The notes: generated by a model from the letters alone, not told the origin. 64,000 nt of DNA from an uncultured Collinsella sp. (GCA_900544135.1 UQTU01000001.1:47678-111677), one strand, 5' to 3'; positions 51,459-60,855 are shown, counted from the stretch's first letter. Numbers and translations are program-made.

Positions 51459-51761
51459 CGCGCCCCGGGGGACCCGTGCGTGCCGTTAAAAACACGCTCG
51501 CATCCAAAAGTATGCGAACGTGGGAGCCAGATGGCGGCAAGGACGCCAAGCACTGGGACGGAATCCCGGACGTGTCCACCCGGGCACTTCAGCCACCGCG
51601 CGTCAGCAGAAAACCTCATGCCCTGCGCCGATGTCGGATAGCCCATCCCCCATATCAACCCTTTGCGCAAAACGGCAATGCCCCGTCCACGCAAATACGC
51701 GAACGGGGCATTGTTCAAATTGTGCCGTCAGTGACTCTTTTGCGCCAGCGGCCTTCTAGCT

Positions 51762-53144
51762 CTAGCTAAGCTCGGGCCAGTAACCCTTGTTGGCCTCGAT
51801 CATGTCGTCGAGAACCTCCTTGGCGACCTTCATCGACGGCACGGTCTTGTTGAGCGTAAAGGCCTTGAGTGCCTTCTCGTACGAACCCTCGATCGTGGCC
51901 TCGACCACGAGCTTCTCGGAGTTCAGCTGCTGCATCATAAGACCCTGCTGGAACAGCGGAATGTTGTCGCGGCTGATGACCTCGGGGCCGTTCTTGCCAA
52001 TGTAGGCAGGCAGCTCGACCATGGCGTCGTAGGGCATGTTGGGGATAGCGCCCTTGTTCTCGCAAATGACCAGGAAGCGCTGCTTGGTGTCGTTCTTCAG
52101 AGCGATGGCCAGGTCGGCAATCCAGTCGCCGTGGCTGCCCGCATAGAACGTGCTCTCGTCGATCTCGCCCGTCTTCTCGTAGTGATCGATACCATCAAAG
52201 AGGTTCTTCTCGCGCGTCTCCTCAACCTCGTTAGCACGGGTGCGCTCGGGGTTGGAATGCTCGACGAACTCCTTCTGCTGCAGGTAGTAGTTCAGGTACG
52301 TGTTGGGCAGGTACTCCGGGAAGCACTCCATGATCTCGTACTCGCCCTTCCAGACGTAGTACCAGCTGCCCTTGGTGTGGCGGTTCTGCTCGGGGTGCTC
52401 GTCGGTGGCCTCCTCGGGCTTCTTGGACATCAGCGAGCTCATGCCCTTGAGGTACGAATCGGGCAGCAGAATCTCATGCTCCTTGATGTACTCGCGCAGC
52501 TGCGGGAGCACCTCCTCGCCCTTGTGGCGGATCGAGGTGAACCAACCAAAGTGGTTGAGGCCAAAGTAATCGTACTCGACATCCTTCTTGTCGATATCGA
52601 GCGCGGCGCAAACCACGTCGATAATCGCGATCGGCATGTCGCAGATGTTGATGATGCGAGCGTTGGGGCGCAGGACGCGGCAGCCCTCGGAGACGATGGC
52701 GGCAGGGTTGGAGTAGTTGAGAATCCAGTAGTCCTTCTTGGCATACTTCTCAACGTCGTCAATCAGCTCGACCATGGGGAAGATGGTGCGCATGCCGTAG
52801 GCAAGGCCGCCGCAGCCGCAGGTCTCCTGGCCCACGCAGCCGTGACGCAGCGGAATCTTCTCGTCCTGCTCGCGCATGGCATAGCCGCCCACGCGCATCT
52901 GGGCAAACACGAAGCTCGCGTCCGTAAAGGCAGTCTCCTTGTCGGTGGTCACCGTGAGCTTGATGTCCAGGCCGAGGTCCTCGTGCAAAATCCAGTCCAC
53001 GAGCACGCCGATCTTGCGCTGGCGCTCCTCGTTGATGTCGTACAGACGAATCTCGTCAACGTCGAGCTCGTCCTTGCGAAGAGCGATGGACTTGACGATG
53101 CCGGGGGTAAAGGTGGATCCGCCACCACACAGAGTAATGATCAT
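51762..53144 (-). CDS. glvA: Glycoside hydrolase family 4 6-phospho-alpha-glucosidase (maltose-6'-phosphate glucosidase GlvA/MalH-like)
   Basis: Near full-length identity pattern with the GH4 phospho-alpha-glucosidases: NAD-binding N-terminus GGGSTFTPG, GVVGQETCG, NYSNPAAIV, ICDMP, C-terminal TVPNA/SMKVA region. SD GAAGGAG upstream of the ATG. Confidence 0.85.
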   Translation of the reverse strand: MIITLCGGGSTFTPGIVKSIALRKDELDVDEIRLYDINEERQRKIGVLVDWILHEDLGLDIKLTVTTDKETAFTDASFVFAQMRVGGYAMREQDEKIPLRHGCVGQETCGCGGLAYGMRTIFPMVELIDDVEKYAKKDYWILNYSNPAAIVSEGCRVLRPNARIINICDMPIAIIDVVCAALDIDKKDVEYDYFGLNHFGWFTSIRHKGEEVLPQLREYIKEHEILLPDSYLKGMSSLMSKKPEEATDEHPEQNRHTKGSWYYVWKGEYEIMECFPEYLPNTYLNYYLQQKEFVEHSNPERTRANEVEETREKNLFDGIDHYEKTGEIDESTFYAGSHGDWIADLAIALKNDTKQRFLVICENKGAIPNMPYDAMVELPAYIGKNGPEVISRDNIPLFQQGLMMQQLNSEKLVVEATIEGSYEKALKAFTLNKTVPSMKVAKEVLDDMIEANKGYWPELS

Positions 53145-53147
53145 TGT

Positions 53148-54764
53148 TTACTGCTCCTTCTCAATTGCGTTTTCGACCTTGTCGCGCATCTCGGCGACCT
53201 TCATGCCAAAGATGATCTGGATATTGTTGCCGTTGCGGTTGATGCCGCTGTTGGGCACGTGGTTGATGAGGTCCTCATTGATGAGGTCCGGGTTCTTAAC
53301 GTTCACGCGGAGACGCGTAAAGCAGTTCTCGAGCTCCTCGATGTTGTCCTTGCCGCCAAGACCTGCGACCAGGTCGGCAATGCCCGCATCGACGCCCTCT
53401 GCGGGAGCCGCGGCAACAGCGCCCTGCTTCACCGCGACAGACGCGGCGGCCTCGCCCTCGGCAACGGACTCGGCGAGCTCGGATTCCTCCTCGCGACCAG
53501 GCGTGTGGAGGTTGAGCTTCTTAATAAGGAAGGTGAAGAGGAAGAAGTACAGAGCGGCGTTGACGACTCCGAGCACCAGCATGACCGGCCAGTTGGTCTT
53601 GTCGACACCGAGGACCAGGTTGGAGACCACGATGTTGATGATGCCGCCTGCAGTCGAAGCGGGCACGGAGAGGACCTTGAGCAGGACCAGGAAGATGCCG
53701 GAAAGAACCGAGTGAACGACAAAGAGCACGGGAGCGGCAAAGACAAAGAGGAAGTCCATGGGCTCGGTCACGCAGGAAAGCACGGCGGTGATGATCAGCG
53801 GGATGATGACAGCCTTGGTCTTGTCCTTGTTCCCCTTGTAAGCGGTGAAGATAAAGGCGAGACCGATACCGATGTAGGGCCACAGGTTGTTGAAGGTGTA
53901 GCTGTTGAAGTAGGTGCTATCGGAGAAGGGCTGGCCCGTCATTGCCATCTCGGCGACACGGATGGGATAGGCGCCGGCGATAACCTGATCGCCCAGCGTC
54001 AGGGTGCCACCCACATCGGAGAACTGGAACGGGGTGTAGATGAGGTGGTGCAGACCGGTGGGAACGAGCAGCTTGTTGAGCATGCCGTAGATAAACAGAC
54101 CGATGTTGCCCGACTCCTTAATGATGCCGGCAACGGAGGAGATGGCACCCTGAACCGGAGGCCAAACGATGCAGAAGCCAGCGCCCATGATCCAGGAGAT
54201 GATGATCATGATCAGGAACGGGAAGCGAACGCCCGAGAACATCGAAAGAGCAATGGGGAACTGCTTGTTCGAGTACTTGTTGAACACGGCACCGGTGATG
54301 CAGCCCAGGATAATGCCGCCGAACACGCCGGTATCGAGCACCTGGATGCCCATAACGGTGGCCTGGCCGGTTCCGGTAAGGCCGAGCATGCCACTCGCCT
54401 CGGCAAGAGAACCGGTGGCGTTGAGCACGATGTTATTGGCCTGCAGGAACAGGAAGAACGACATCAGGGCGATCAGCGAAGCGTGGCCCTTGTTCTTCTT
54501 TGCCATGGCGCCGGCGATGCCCACGCAGAACAGAATCGAGAGGTTGTTGATGATAAACATCAGCGACTGATAGACAACGGCGCCCACAAGCTGGAACGGA
54601 CCGGAGCCCAGCACGGGAATCACGGCGCAGATGGTCTTGTTGGTCAGAATAATGCCCACGATGAGCAGGATGCCGGCAACCGAGAGATACATCATCGGCT
54701 GAACGATCGACTTCGCGAACACCTCCAACGGCGCTTTGAAATTGAACTTCTTTTTTGCGGTCAT
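53148..54764 (-). CDS. PTS glucose/alpha-glucoside family EIICB component
   Basis: EIIC membrane domain followed by an EIIB domain with the conserved Cys (LENCFTRLRVNVK). Its stop overlaps the glvA SD. Confidence 0.85.
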   Translation of the reverse strand: MTAKKKFNFKAPLEVFAKSIVQPMMYLSVAGILLIVGIILTNKTICAVIPVLGSGPFQLVGAVVYQSLMFIINNLSILFCVGIAGAMAKKNKGHASLIALMSFFLFLQANNIVLNATGSLAEASGMLGLTGTGQATVMGIQVLDTGVFGGIILGCITGAVFNKYSNKQFPIALSMFSGVRFPFLIMIIISWIMGAGFCIVWPPVQGAISSVAGIIKESGNIGLFIYGMLNKLLVPTGLHHLIYTPFQFSDVGGTLTLGDQVIAGAYPIRVAEMAMTGQPFSDSTYFNSYTFNNLWPYIGIGLAFIFTAYKGNKDKTKAVIIPLIITAVLSCVTEPMDFLFVFAAPVLFVVHSVLSGIFLVLLKVLSVPASTAGGIINIVVSNLVLGVDKTNWPVMLVLGVVNAALYFFLFTFLIKKLNLHTPGREEESELAESVAEGEAAASVAVKQGAVAAAPAEGVDAGIADLVAGLGGKDNIEELENCFTRLRVNVKNPDLINEDLINHVPNSGINRNGNNIQIIFGMKVAEMRDKVENAIEKEQ

Positions 54765-54863
54765 AGCGGTACTCCCCTTCCTTTTCCGCAAATTGAGATA
54801 GGTGTGCCCTGGACAAGACCGTGAGCCTTGCCTTATATCAATCGATGTGTGGGCACGTTATGC

Positions 54864-55730
54864 CTAGAGACCAGGTTCTCCAAGCAGGTTAACAATGTGA
54901 TATGCGAGATAACTCTTCTCGGCATTGGTAACGACAACGTTATAGGTAGACGCCAAGTGGGCGGCTATGGCGTCCGCGCACGAGAACGCGCACGGATACT
55001 TAGTTTCATCGATTCGGAACAGTGCATCGTCATTGATCTGCCCGGCCGCGGGGTCAAGCGCCCGCTGTGCGAAAAACTGCAGGTGGCGGACGAAACGCTC
55101 ATAGGGCAGCGAGGTGTCATCGAGGGTCGTAGCATAGCGCTCGGAAACAATCGCGAGCACGTCGCGAACAAGCTGGACCGAAATGATGAGGCGGTCGGAG
55201 CGTTGCGGCATGGTGGCGTTGACGATATGCAGCGTAATAAAACCCTGCTCTTCTTCGCTCATCTGGATGCCCATATACTCCTTGACAATCTGCAGCGCAC
55301 GGCCCGCAAGCGCATACTCCTTGCGATAGAACTGCTGGATCTCGAGCAGCAACGGATTCTCGCAGGGGACGCCCTTGCGCTCGCGCTCCAAAGCAAGGCT
55401 GATATGGTCTGCAAGAGCAATGAGAATCTTGTCGTTGACATCAACATTGAGCTCTCGACGGAGCATCTGAACAATGTCCTCGGAAATCACGAGGTTGACG
55501 GTGGGAATGGACTCCAAAAGATGTGCCAAGCGGTCAATCGTACGCGAATCCTGAGAAGTGCCCTCCTGCAGCGCATAGGTCTTTTCGACCGATGCTTCAT
55601 CGATAGCGTCGCCGGCATGACGGCCAAAGCAGAGGCCTCGACCGATGACAATGAGCTCGAAGCCATCGTCCGAAGTGACCATTGCGACGTTATTGTTGAA
55701 AACTCGCTTGATAACCACGGTACCCGCCAC
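54864..55730 (-). CDS. BglG/LicT/SacY-family PRD-containing transcription antiterminator
   Basis: CAT RNA-binding N-terminus (VIKRVFNNNVAMV) and two PRD regions with conserved His. Exact start uncertain (GTG at 55730 or 55719). Confidence 0.8.
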   Translation of the reverse strand: MAGTVVIKRVFNNNVAMVTSDDGFELIVIGRGLCFGRHAGDAIDEASVEKTYALQEGTSQDSRTIDRLAHLLESIPTVNLVISEDIVQMLRRELNVDVNDKILIALADHISLALERERKGVPCENPLLLEIQQFYRKEYALAGRALQIVKEYMGIQMSEEEQGFITLHIVNATMPQRSDRLIISVQLVRDVLAIVSERYATTLDDTSLPYERFVRHLQFFAQRALDPAAGQINDDALFRIDETKYPCAFSCADAIAAHLASTYNVVVTNAEKSYLAYHIVNLLGEPGL

Positions 55731-55736
55731 AAGAAT

Positions 55737-56250
55737 TTACTCGGAAAGCCAGACGACAGGCTCTTTAACAGTAACAGGGCCGGAAGCGTGCTCACGAAGA
55801 GTCGAGTTCTCCGAACGCTCGCATACAATAACGAAGACCGTGGGGTCGAAGCCAGCGGCGCGAACCGCGTCGAAATCGACCTCGACGAGGGGCTGGCCCG
55901 CGTCGACATGGTCACCCTGAGCAACAAGCGCATGGAAGCCCTTGCCCTCAAGTTTAACAGTGTCGATTCCGATATGCAGCATCACCTGAGCAGAGCTGTC
56001 TTCGGACATGATGCCCAGCGCGTGCTCAGTCGGAAACAACGCCGCGACGGTGCCGGAAACAGGAGCGCACACCGTTCCCTCTTGGGGAACCACGGCAACG
56101 CCATCGCCCACGGCACGGCTGCTAAAAGCGGGGTCATTGGTATTTTCTAGATGAACAAGCTCGCCAGAAACGGGAGCGAGGATTTCGAACTCGGAGGTCG
56201 CAGTCTTCTGCTCATCCGAACCGCCCATCAGGCGAGAAAAGAAACCCATG
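55737..56250 (-). CDS. PTS glucose-family EIIA component
   Basis: EIIA-Glc signature around the phosphorylatable His (VMLHIGIDTVKLEGKGFHALV). Start ambiguous (56250 or 56267). Confidence 0.8.
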
Positions 56251-56328
56251 GTGGCATGTCCCTTCATAAATATAGCCCAACCAAAATCAAGCGAATGCAT
56301 CCATAGAGACACACCCGTTCAAAGACTT

Positions 56329-56385
56329 TGGTTAGGCCCACGTCCGAGGGACTCGGTAACCTTCCGCATTTCTTTTTACGGGAGT
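56329..56385 (-). promoter_or_regulatory. Candidate RAT-like antiterminator target plus overlapping terminator in the leader of the PTS operon
   Basis: On the minus strand, GGTTACCGAGTCCCTCGGACGTGGGCC has the GTTAC-stem-loop-stem architecture of RAT elements. It is followed by gggcctaaccaaa...tttggttgggc plus TATATTT. The match is loose. Confidence 0.25.
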
Positions 56386-56529
56386 TATTGTAGACAAGCC
56401 CAAAGCCAGAACAATCATTATGACCGGTGAGCGGTATTTTTTCTTCGATAAACGGTATTTAGGCGGCACTTAGGGACGTTCCTTTCCCGCCGGCACCCAG
56501 GGACACTCCTTGCAGCAATTTCGCATGCG

Positions 56530-57291
56530 TTAGATGAAGAGCTCGCATTCCTTCCACACGACGCAAGCCTTGCTCAGCATCTGGGAAACAGCGGATAGCT
56601 TGTTGGGATCAAGCTTGCGAGCGCCTCGCGGGCATACGGCGATGCAGCGCATGCAGGAGATGCACGCCTCGCCAGCTGCTCGTTTGGGGTCACCCTTGTC
56701 GATAGCACAAACGGGGCACGCCGCGGCGCATGCACCGCAGGAGACGCAATCCTCTGTTGCCTCGGGTGCCATGCGGTGACCTCTGGCTTGTTTATAAGGA
56801 CGATTGCCGGGAATAGAGGGCTCAGATGTATCCTCAGCCAACAGCTTTTGCTGAATTTGCTGCGCAAACTCTGCGAGCTGCGCCGCATCCTGCGCATCCG
56901 GACGACCGGCAGCAAACTGTCGCGCAATGGAATGTTCTGCAATGGCTGCAACTGCCGCGATTACCCGGAATCCCGCATGCTTCGCAACGTCCTCCAGCTC
57001 TACGAGCGTGTCCTCAAACGCGCGGTTTCCGTAGACGCACACCAGAACGGCCCGCGCTCCGTTGCCGTGAACCATGTTCAGTCGGTCGACCGCCACGGCA
57101 GGAACTCTGCCGGCATACGCTGGCACGGAGATAACAGCCACGTCGTCCTTCGTCATCGAGACCTCGTGGAAATCCAACCCGCTATCGGTCAGATCGACGG
57201 TAACGGTATTCTTGTCCAGCGCTTCAGCCACAAGGCCAGACACCTTCCGCGTTCCACCCGTCGGACTAAACACAATTTCGAATACGCTCAT
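56530..57291 (-). CDS. Flavodoxin-like domain protein fused to a 2x[4Fe-4S] ferredoxin domain
   Basis: N-terminal flavodoxin fold (MSVFEIVFSPTGGTRKV). C-terminal CxxCxxCxxxCP motifs (CVSCGACAAACPV; CISCMRCIAVCPRG). SD GGAGGG upstream. Confidence 0.7.
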   Translation of the reverse strand: MSVFEIVFSPTGGTRKVSGLVAEALDKNTVTVDLTDSGLDFHEVSMTKDDVAVISVPAYAGRVPAVAVDRLNMVHGNGARAVLVCVYGNRAFEDTLVELEDVAKHAGFRVIAAVAAIAEHSIARQFAAGRPDAQDAAQLAEFAQQIQQKLLAEDTSEPSIPGNRPYKQARGHRMAPEATEDCVSCGACAAACPVCAIDKGDPKRAAGEACISCMRCIAVCPRGARKLDPNKLSAVSQMLSKACVVWKECELFI

Positions 57292-57506
57292 CGAGGCACC
57301 CTCCCCCTACGCCTAGCAACGCGTCAGGCCGTTTTCACATTCAGACAGAGTATACGGCGCATGGGGGGAGCTCCCCGTTTTGGTGCGCCAGGCACCCCAA
57401 TGCACCCACCCTACGCTGTCTGCCTCTTCGTTTTGTATAAATTACGGTACAGATTGTATATATTTACGGGATACCGCCGCGTTCTCCTGAGGTACCCCAT
57501 CCTGGC

Positions 57507-57744
57507 CCGTGCAAAAAACGGAGTATTCTGCAACGTGACCGCGCCAGCACCGCCGCGGGTGGGCAAAACTGTAGGGCGCCGTATCATTCTAAGTCCCGAC
57601 ATGGCGAGAATGACGCGCCCCCTGCTCCGGAAAACGGCGAAATCTGACTCGGAACGCTCGCTAGGGATATCCGAAGGCCACCGTTGGCGACGTCGAATCA
57701 TATGCAGACAACTCGAACTGCAGAATACTCCAAAAAATGCACGG
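57507..57744. repeat. Inverted-repeat-bounded 238-bp element, copy 2 (paralog of 51222-51458)
   Basis: Terminal 26-mers ccgtgcaaaaaacggagtattctgca / tgcagaatactccaaaaaatgcacgg. Same end structure and length as copy 1. Confidence 0.55.
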
Positions 57745-57917
57745 CGCACCCCATAGGACCCATTGCTGCATGGCAGGAAACAAGCCCACGGCATCCTCTA
57801 GATGCATTCCCGAGGAAATCACATTTGAACTAGCGATCGGATACGGCAAACAAAAGGGCCCCGAACGTAGTTGCTCGGGGCCCTTGGTTCACCTCGCTCT
57901 AGCGGGCGATGCGTATG

Positions 57918-60185
57918 TTATTTGCGCTTGCCGCCGCCGTCGCCGGGGCGACGGGAGCTGCCACCGCGCTTGCCGCCACGGCTGTTGCCATAGCTGCCAC
58001 GATTATCGCGACCGCCGGCACGGCCGCCGCGGGAGCCGGCCTGGTTGCCGCCACGCCCGCCACGATAGCCGCCACGACGCTCATCGCGGGTGTCGTCGTA
58101 GTTGCGCCAGTCATCGCGACGATCGCGGCTGGCACGCGGGTCGCGACGATCGCGCGACTCATTCGAACGACCGGCGCCGCTGCGGCCACCGTTGCCACGA
58201 GCGCCCTCGCGACGCTCACCACCGCGGCCGCCCTCGCGGCCTCCGCGCTCGTCAAAGCGCTTGCCGCCGCGGGACTCGCCGCCGCGGGTACCACGCTCGT
58301 CACGCGAACCACGGCCTTCGCCGCCGCGACGCCCATCACGGCCACCGCGCTCGTCATCACGACCGGAACGACGGCGGTCGCCCGCACCGCGCTTGCCACC
58401 GCGCGAACCGCGGCCCTCGTCCTCGCGCTCGACACGACGACGGCCACCGCGATCCTCATCCTCTCGACGGCGGCGATGCGCCTCGCCCTGGAACTGCTTG
58501 GCACGACGCTCGGCACGGTTACCGCGCGCAGGCTGCTCAGCGGCACCAGCACCAGCGCGCTCCTCGGCAGCCACCTCGCGGGCCACGCTCTCCACAGCCT
58601 CGTCCACGCGGGCCTGAACGCCCTCGCGCACGCGGGTCTTGCCGCCGCGCTTGGGACGGCTCGGGCGCTCGCCGTCGCCACGACGCTCGTCGCGACCGCG
58701 GTTGGAACGACCAGCCACGTCGCCGTAATCGTCGCCGTTACGCCTGCCGTCGCGACGCGCTTGCTCGAGTTTCTTCTTGCTCTTGGACTTGCCGCGCTTG
58801 GTCTTCTTCACCTTAAAGGCGGCAGGATCGCGCTCGGGGTCAACGGCGGGCGGGTTGGGACCCACGTGCAGGTCGCCCGCTTCGTAAATATCGGCCGTCT
58901 TGTCCATGAGCTTCTCAATCTCGTAGAACTCGTCGACGTCCTGCTCGGTCACAAACGTAATGGCCCAGCCCAGCTCGCCGGCGCGGCCCGTACGGCCAAT
59001 GCGGTGGATATAGTCGGTCGGCTCGGCCGGCACGTCGAAGTTCACGACGTAGCGCACGTCGCTAATGTCGATGCCGCGGGCGAGAACATCGGTTGCCACC
59101 AGCACGTCGACGGTGCCGTCGCGGAAGGCAGAAAGCGCGCGCTCGCGCTGGGCCTGGCTGCGGTTGCCGTGAATCGCGGCGGCCTTGATGCCCTTGCGCT
59201 CAAGGCGACGGCAGCAGCTGTCGGCGCGGTGCTTGGTGCGCATAAAGACGATCGTGCGCTCCGGGCCTTCCTTTTTGAGGAACTCGGGCAACAGGTTGTT
59301 CTTGGCCTCGATGGACACCGGGAACACAAACTGGTCGACGGTGTCGGCGGTCGACGTGGCGGGCGCGATCTCCACGCGAGCCGGATCGCTCACCAGGTCG
59401 GTGATCTCGCCCACGGCCTCCTCGTCGAGCGTCGCCGAGAACAGCAGCGTCTGGCGCTCGGCCGGCGTCTCACGCACAATGCGGCGGACGGCGGGCAAAA
59501 AGCCCATGTCGAGCATGCGGTCGGCTTCATCGAGCACCAGCACCTTGACCTCGTTCAGGTGGCAGGCGCCCTGCTCGATCAGATCGACCAGACGGCCCGG
59601 CGTGGCGACCAGAATGTCGCAGCCGTACTTGAGTGCCGCGGTCTGCGGCTTGTAGCTCACGCCGCCCACGACGGTCACGGCAACGTGGCCCGTGACGTCG
59701 GCGATCTTGCTCGCGACCTCGTCGATCTGCTGGGCGAGCTCGCGCGTGGGGGTGATGACGAGCATCACGGGGCCACGGCCGTTGCCCTCGGGCTTTTTAG
59801 CACCGCGACGGCGGTTGCGGCCGCCGCGCTCGCGCACGGGTTTGGGAGGAGCGATGTGCTCCAGATTGTTCATGGTCGGCAGCAAGAAGGCGGCCGTCTT
59901 GCCGGTGCCGGTCTGGGCGGCGGCAAGCAGGTCGCGGCCCTCGAGCACCACGGGGATGGAGCCGGCCTGGACAGGCGTGGGCGCCGTGTAGCCAAGGTTC
60001 TCGATGGCACGAAGCATCTCGTCCGAAAGTCCCAGCTCGTCAAAGGCGGGCAGGTTCTCGGTCGCGGACTCGACGGCCTGGGCAGCATTGGCCTCGTCGG
60101 CAGCATCGAAGGCAGCCTGGGTCATGGCCTCGCGGGTCTCGTCCAGAATCTCGGCGTCCGTGACGTCGGATGCAGAATTACGCAT
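57918..60185 (-). CDS. DEAD-box ATP-dependent RNA helicase with an approximately 350-aa Arg/Gly/Asp/Glu-rich low-complexity C-terminal tail
   Basis: Q motif, AQTGTGKT, DEAD and SAT motifs, and a helicase C domain. The tail is full of RGG/RDR repeats. Start at the ATG at 60185. Confidence 0.9.
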   Translation of the reverse strand: MRNSASDVTDAEILDETREAMTQAAFDAADEANAAQAVESATENLPAFDELGLSDEMLRAIENLGYTAPTPVQAGSIPVVLEGRDLLAAAQTGTGKTAAFLLPTMNNLEHIAPPKPVRERGGRNRRRGAKKPEGNGRGPVMLVITPTRELAQQIDEVASKIADVTGHVAVTVVGGVSYKPQTAALKYGCDILVATPGRLVDLIEQGACHLNEVKVLVLDEADRMLDMGFLPAVRRIVRETPAERQTLLFSATLDEEAVGEITDLVSDPARVEIAPATSTADTVDQFVFPVSIEAKNNLLPEFLKKEGPERTIVFMRTKHRADSCCRRLERKGIKAAAIHGNRSQAQRERALSAFRDGTVDVLVATDVLARGIDISDVRYVVNFDVPAEPTDYIHRIGRTGRAGELGWAITFVTEQDVDEFYEIEKLMDKTADIYEAGDLHVGPNPPAVDPERDPAAFKVKKTKRGKSKSKKKLEQARRDGRRNGDDYGDVAGRSNRGRDERRGDGERPSRPKRGGKTRVREGVQARVDEAVESVAREVAAEERAGAGAAEQPARGNRAERRAKQFQGEAHRRRREDEDRGGRRRVEREDEGRGSRGGKRGAGDRRRSGRDDERGGRDGRRGGEGRGSRDERGTRGGESRGGKRFDERGGREGGRGGERREGARGNGGRSGAGRSNESRDRRDPRASRDRRDDWRNYDDTRDERRGGYRGGRGGNQAGSRGGRAGGRDNRGSYGNSRGGKRGGSSRRPGDGGGKRK

Positions 60186-60456
60186 ATGTTGTTGTTCCTT
60201 ATCTGCACGCGCGATGGGCACGGCATGCGGCCGCGCGGGCGTGCTTGGTAGTGCGCTAATACATACAAAAACGGGTGCGCACAGAGAGGACGTTGCTCAG
60301 CACGCTGGCGATCGCTTTGGCAGCCCTATCACGCGCCGTCCAGACGCAGCAGCTCTAAGCGATGGAGCAGATTCGCCGCCGGTTAGTATACCCGTGCTTC
60401 GCATGCCCCCACGTAAACCACAGATGACGGTGCAGGAGGAGTGGGCCTGGGTCGAT

Positions 60457-60677
60457 TGTCTCAATCTGTAACAGTTACGGGGCAAAACCAGGTTCCTACT
60501 GTTACAGATCGAGACATTCAGTCAGCCCCTTGGCTAACATCTCGATCAGTAACATCTACAGGGCAAATCTTCCTCTACGTGTTACAGATCGAGACAAACG
60601 GTCGACACGGCCCACAAACGTCTCAATCTGTAACAGTTACGGAGCAAAACCGGCCCCAATTGTTACAGATCAAGACA
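60457..60677. repeat. Cluster of five copies (two direct, three inverted) of the 17-mer TGTCTCRATCTGTAACA in the DEAD-box/FHA intergenic region
   Basis: Direct copies at 60457-60473 and 60619-60635, each extending to a 33-bp direct repeat. Inverted copies (tgttacagatcgagaca) at 60500-60516, 60580-60596 and 60661-60677. Two of these form 17-bp-arm hairpins with roughly 26-nt loops. Confidence 0.65.
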
Positions 60678-60855
60678 GAGGGGAATTTCCGTCCAGTCCA
60701 AACCAAATCTCTCAGTCTTCCTGCAATTTCGAACATGTGGCCTATAATGTTGCTTTGGTTACGCTATATATTGCGCAGCCATTTAATACGTCGCCCACCG
60801 GGGGGCATTAATTCCTATCGCCATATTGGCTAGGAAGCAATCAAAGGAGGTATCC

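Noticed and set aside
50853-51579. Overlapping 236-aa and 93-aa minus-strand ORFs, and several 60-120-aa ORFs between 50.7 and 51.8 kb
   Set aside because: They have no SD, no domains and a biased composition, and they run across the inverted-repeat-bounded non-coding element (51222-51458). The region is better explained as non-coding plus a short ABC-ATPase-like remnant.
60440-60720. Possible CRISPR array, suggested by the repeated tctcaatctgtaacag motifs
   Set aside because: The repeats occur in both orientations, their spacing is irregular (about 27, 63, 22 and 25 bp), and there are only two direct copies. No cas genes are nearby. This is not a CRISPR architecture; it was described as an operator or hairpin cluster instead.
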